From Paramoeba atlantica (lineage: Eukaryota; Protista; Discosea): a stretch of 64,000 nt of DNA. Shown in pieces: positions 61,007 to 64,000 of the stretch. Within the stretch, counting starts at the first letter, position 1. Each line of letters opens with the position of its first letter. The notes beneath the pieces were generated by a model. It was not told the DNA's origin. It saw nothing but the letters and a program-made list of their open reading frames with translations, and did not search any database. The stretch lies in NCBI GenBank assembly GCA_977017575.1, contig CDRNVI010000052.1, positions 248,001 to 312,000 on the forward strand, read 5' to 3'. A program made the translations under genes and the position numbers.

Positions 61007-61400
61007 GGCGGAGGTGGCGGAGTGGCAAGAATTCAAAGTTTGAAGCACATGGTGCTCAGACGGCGAGTTCAAACCCGCTCATCGCAATATTCCCGGCGGC
61101 CTCACTCTAAGAGGCTGGGCTGATAACCGACTAGGCCCAGTACTCGGAGGACCGTCCCGGACCCTCCCCTCAGGGAACCAGCTCCCTTACCCGGATTACA
61201 CCTCTTGGGTAAGCCGTGTTGACGTACAGTTCGTCGACGCAGCGTGTTGGCAACATCACGTTGGTGCCGCCTTGGAAAAGCGGAAACTGGTAGAGGACGT
61301 CGGCCTCGGAATTTCCAAATCTGTCTGTGAAGGGTCTGGATTGCCAGTGACCATCCGGAGCAATCCGGAATGATTCGGATTTTTTTTTTTTTGGATTTTT
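61007..61400 (+). mobile_element. SINE-A full length
   Basis: Shares the GGCGGAGG start and GAATTCAAAG variant with the 38716-39098 copy. Confidence 0.88.
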
Positions 61401-61548
61401 GGAAAAGGAAGCACATGTGAAATCCGTTGGGGATTCGACGAGAAACAAGTATACAATAGCGTAGGGACGGTGACTAAGAGAACTGTACGTCGAGGAGCGG
61501 TAAAGCTCAGAATATCATACAAACCAAAAGATGCTAGTGAAGGTCCTA

Positions 61549-61940
61549 CCCCCTTCCCAGACGGCATTCGACGCCTTGCAGCCCGAGAACGGCTACGCAA
61601 CCGTAGCTACCAGGACGGGCGTCCAACCCCGTTGCATCGTGTAGGCTGTGTTTCAAGCCTCCTTTGCGTAAGAAGCTCGCAATTTAGCGGCTGCGCTGGA
61701 GCCTGGTTCAGCTCGACGGTTCCGGGTCAGTCCTCCAGGGGAGCGGGGTTGGGTGTGGGCCTTGAAGGCACTCCTGATCGCTTTCGCTATAACAATTTTT
61801 ATTAAGATAACAATTTTTATTAAGATAACAATTTTTAATAAGATAACAATTTTTATTAAGATAACAATTTTAGTGAGGCCGCCAGGTTGCGAGTCTTGTC
61901 GATAGCGGGAATCGAACCCACAACCTGCAGGTTGTAAGGT
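61549..61940 (-). mobile_element. SINE-B copy carrying an internal 18-bp tandem array (61789-61871)
   Basis: SINE-B body with CCTTTGT replaced by (ATAACAATTTTTATTAAG) x 4.6. Confidence 0.88.
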
Positions 61941-62025
61941 GGCGGGCATATTTTCCTTTGATCTACTTTGCGAGACGAACCTTCGTCGCTAGTTGGTATT
62001 TTCTTCCGTCTGCTACTCCGCGATA

Positions 62026-62255
62026 CGGACCCTCCCCTCAGGGAACCAGCTCCCTTACCCGGCTTACACCTCTTGGGTAAGCCGTGTTGACGTACAGTTC
62101 GTCGACGCAGCGTGTTGGCAACAGCACGTTGGTGCCGCCTTGGAAAAGCGGAAACTAGTAGAGGACGTCGGCCTCGGAACTTCCAAATCTGTCTGTGAAG
62201 GGTCTGGCTTGCCAGTGACCATCCGGAGCAATCCGGAATGATTTGGATTTTAGAA
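62026..62255 (+). mobile_element. SINE-A 3' portion
   Basis: Matches SINE-A from CGGACCCTCCCCTCAGGG to the tail. Confidence 0.85.
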
Positions 62256-62262
62256 GATTTTA

Positions 62263-62375
62263 GAAGATACGGCGCTAAAACATCACCCTGGAGAATTCCA
62301 GTTGCGATCGGAAAAGGATCCGTGTTCCCATGCGGCGTCCGAACAATTCCCATCAACCCAGTATATATAGACATA
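62263..62375 (-). pseudogene. RT fragment of a related RTE-like LINE
   Basis: VRTPHGNTDPFPIATGILQGDVLAPYL, paralogous to VRTPYGNTESFSISNGTLQGDFLAPYL at about 45350-45450. Confidence 0.8.
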
Positions 62376-62399
62376 ATTGTTCGAGTCAGAAGGGGCCCG

Positions 62400-63440
62400 A
62401 CGTGAAAAGAATTTAGTGCAGCTCTAATGGCTTGAAAGGAAACTGATGGGAAACCATCTTAACTATATGGAAACCAACTTATCGCTCGCGATTCTCAAGA
62501 GATGCACATTACCGCGCCACGGCTACCATCTGCGAGTCCACAAACCTGGAGCCTCTATTCTCCTAGCACAGACCTTTGATGAAGAAATACACAAGATTCT
62601 AAAGAAATGGTGTGGTGCTGACAGTGAAGCCCTCAAACTCGCCGCCCTTCCATGTAAAATGGGAGGCCTTGGAATTACCTCAACGGTTCTAAAACAACGT
62701 TACTTTCTCGAAGCCTCACGCAAATCTATTGAAGAGCGAAATCAGCCCTCTAATGCTCCAGTAGATAGCGCAGCCAAGAAACAAGTAAGTAGTCCTGGAT
62801 CGAAAGCTCAGGGTACGTACCCAGCTGTCAAAGAATATGAAGAGTGAACATGAAAAGGTAGCAATGGATTTGAACGAGAATCCCAGATTTCAAGATATCA
62901 CGAAACGCACAAAAGAAGCGAGCACACATTTAGACTCGACGAACAATCACGTGCAATATCACATGCCCGGGATGTGGAATTGTAGAGTCGGCATGCAAAA
63001 TCATTCCTCACGTAGCCGGTTGCTCACGATGCGCTGTAATGAACTGTACACGCAAACACTCTCATTTGGTGCGATATCTTTCCGATCTGTGTTCCAAAGC
63101 CAGTCTCCCTTGTGCAATCGAGCCACGAATTCACACGTCATTCTTCTGCACTAAGTGCAAATGTTCAATTCCCCAGAAGCAGCAGAACAACACCCATGCC
63201 GAGCTCGTAGAATCAGATCCGGACCAGACCTTGCGATCTTGTGGCCCGACGTTGGTGAAATTTTATACGATTTAACCGTAGTTCATACGCGTTGCAGTAG
63301 CTACCGAAAGAAAAGTAGCAATGCCTTGCTCCAGAGTGCCCAAGACAGAAAGAATAATAAATACGTGAAGGAGAAAGGCTTAGATCCCGAAAGTTTCCGT
63401 TGCATTGCGATTACTGATTGTGGGGTCTTACACGAGTAGA
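62400..63440 (+). pseudogene. 3' part of a second, more divergent RLE-type retrotransposon
   Basis: ALPCKMGGLGI, a Cys/His segment, and PDLAILWPDVGEILYDLTVVH (PD..D); frameshifted. Confidence 0.6.
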
Positions 63441-63639
63441 CTAAACAGCCAAGAGGGCAGGTCTAGATTATACGCCAACACGGGAAGCCTTTCAGCTTGA
63501 GTTAGAGAAATATTCTGCATACGCAGTAGTTTCTCAATTGCGGCAATATATTCAAGCTGAAAAATGGGTTGGAGGTCTACGGCTATGATTAGCTTTTGCT
63601 TCAAGTCAAAGCTTCAAAAATAGTACATTATGTAGTTGA

Positions 63640-64000
63640 TATTATGCACGCCAGATACTGCACGCCAGATATTATGCACGCCTTGAATTGCACGCCAGAT
63701 CTTGTTCGTTTTTCCTGCTGTTTTTTCCTGCTGTCTTATGAAATGGATTCTATCACCACCTGGTAACAAATATAACAAGGTACTAAACAACTAGGGTGAG
63801 TGATGTGTCTGTTTTTTTTTATAAGACGTCTGTTTCTTCTTCCTTTCTCTGAAGATCCTTTGAACTGCCTGCTAGTGTTTTGAGGGTGGCACCATCCGGC
63901 ACCAAATATAACAAGGTACTAAATAACTAGGATGAGTGCCATGCGGGCTTGTTTTCTTTTCTTTTCTTTTCCTTATTGTAAAAAAGAAAGTTGTTTGGAA
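63640..64000. repeat. Short repeats: TGCACGCC x4 and the start of a roughly 135-bp tandem unit
   Basis: CAAATATAACAAGGTACTAAA..CTAGG.TGAGTG at about 63765 and 63903. Confidence 0.6.

Noticed and set aside
63765-63785. GTACCTTGTT (reverse strand) matching the SL-like 3' end
   Set aside because: Only 10 bp, without the ACAGTTTCT core.

Overview
Repeat-dominated eukaryotic window with no ordinary host gene. Bases 1-38342 are one tandem array of an 18-bp AT-rich monomer (GTGATCTTAATACAAAAA) with nested kb-scale higher-order duplications; the huge ORFs there are translation artefacts. Bases 38343-64000 are a nested mobile-element graveyard: two tRNA-headed SINE families sharing central motifs, a 5S rRNA copy, an APE-RT-RNase H (RTE-like) LINE, several CRE/SLACS-like RT-RLE retrotransposons (one nearly intact), a Helitron Rep remnant, two copies of a non-autonomous Helitron2-like element with a long flip/flop terminal hairpin, and a pogo-like transposase remnant. 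The 5S sequence and two copies of a 38-39 nt spliced-leader-like sequence (core ACAGTTTCTGTAC) suggest a euglenozoan host (inference). The most interesting signals are an SL-headed, poly(A)-tailed CRE insertion with a 24-bp target duplication outside any SL array, satellite-like 18-19 bp mini-arrays at retroposition junctions and inside a SINE, evidence for repeat-tail addition by an RT, and the flip/flop hairpin. All family assignments come from motif recognition by eye; no searches were run, and boundaries may be off by a few bases.
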